From: Chlorokybus atmophyticus
Taxonomy: Eukaryota; Plantae; Mesostigma and Chlorokybus algae
Direction: 5' to 3'
Length of the DNA: 64,000 nucleotides
Assembly (NCBI GenBank): GCA_009103225.1
Contig: RHPI01001292.1
Span: forward strand, 163,243-227,242
Positions 63,803-64,000 of this stretch are shown here, piece after piece (position 1 is the first letter of the stretch; every line of letters begins with the position of its first letter). The notes beneath the pieces are model-generated. The model did not search any database. It worked only from the letters and a program-made list of their open reading frames with translations, and was not told the origin of the DNA. A program made the translations under genes and the position numbers.

Positions 63803-63901
63803 ATGCCGTACGAGAGCTTGCCGCCGTTCTTGCTCATCGTTGGGGGGCTCGCTGCCGCTGGGGGACTTCAGGCTGCTGTGCAGAAGCTGTTCTACGGCAA
63901 G
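63803..63901 (+). CDS. NDUFA1: Mitochondrial complex I subunit NDUFA1 (MWFE), first exon only
   Basis: MPYESLPPFLLIVGGLAAAGGLQAAVQKLFYGK followed by a GT donor. Matches the MWFE N-terminal TM pattern. Not listed in the ORF track. Confidence 0.72.
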
Positions 63902-64000
63902 GTTTGGCCTGCTAGCTGCTACTCCTTGCTGCTTAATGGACATACAGATTATCACAAATGAATATAGATTGGTAAATGCGAGTGGTTACTTTCTGTGGCA

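Noticed and set aside
40316-63901. Three NDH/complex-I subunit genes (NDUFA12, NdhO, NDUFA1) within 24 kb
   Set aside because: They serve different organelles and are separated by unrelated genes. These families have many nuclear genes, so chance is sufficient.
1-64000. CRISPR arrays, rRNA or operon-like prokaryotic systems
   Set aside because: No regularly spaced direct repeats or rRNA-like sequence. The window is spliceosomal-intron-containing eukaryotic DNA.

Overview
Gene-dense, intron-rich eukaryotic nuclear DNA (GT-AG introns, two scaffold gaps). Plastid-targeted HisIE and NdhO, plant-type GNOM, PRA1.H, LPA1 and mS45/GCD1, and the ciliary MYCBPAP gene suggest a flagellate-stage streptophyte green alga of Chlorokybus/Mesostigma/Klebsormidium grade (inference). 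By hand-splicing I reconstruct 20 protein-coding genes: ACO-like carotenoid oxygenase (5' partial), HISN2, SOUL, two atypical SDR paralogues, a FYR + PALB2-like WD40 protein, GRXS17-type glutaredoxin, LPA1-like P-loop kinase, MYCBPAP, PRA1.H, a RING-H2 ligase, NDUFA12, mS45, a DenD-like dehydrogenase, cytosolic FBPase, NdhO, a mid-SUN protein, GNOM-type ARF-GEF, TFB5 and NDUFA1 (3' partial). Also present: a decayed Penelope-like retroelement, a TA-flanked pogo/Tc1-mariner-type MITE and an AT-rich TE-like tract. Top observations: (1) TFB5 ends only 50 nt upstream of the GNOM start codon on the same strand, a candidate bicistronic or alternatively spliced unit; (2) apart from that pair, gene orientation alternates perfectly across the window, giving compact head-to-head pairs; (3) a FYRN/FYRC protein ends in a beta-propeller resembling the PALB2 WD40 domain. 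No CRISPR, rRNA or convincing tRNA gene was seen. All family calls come from motif recognition from memory; no searches were run.
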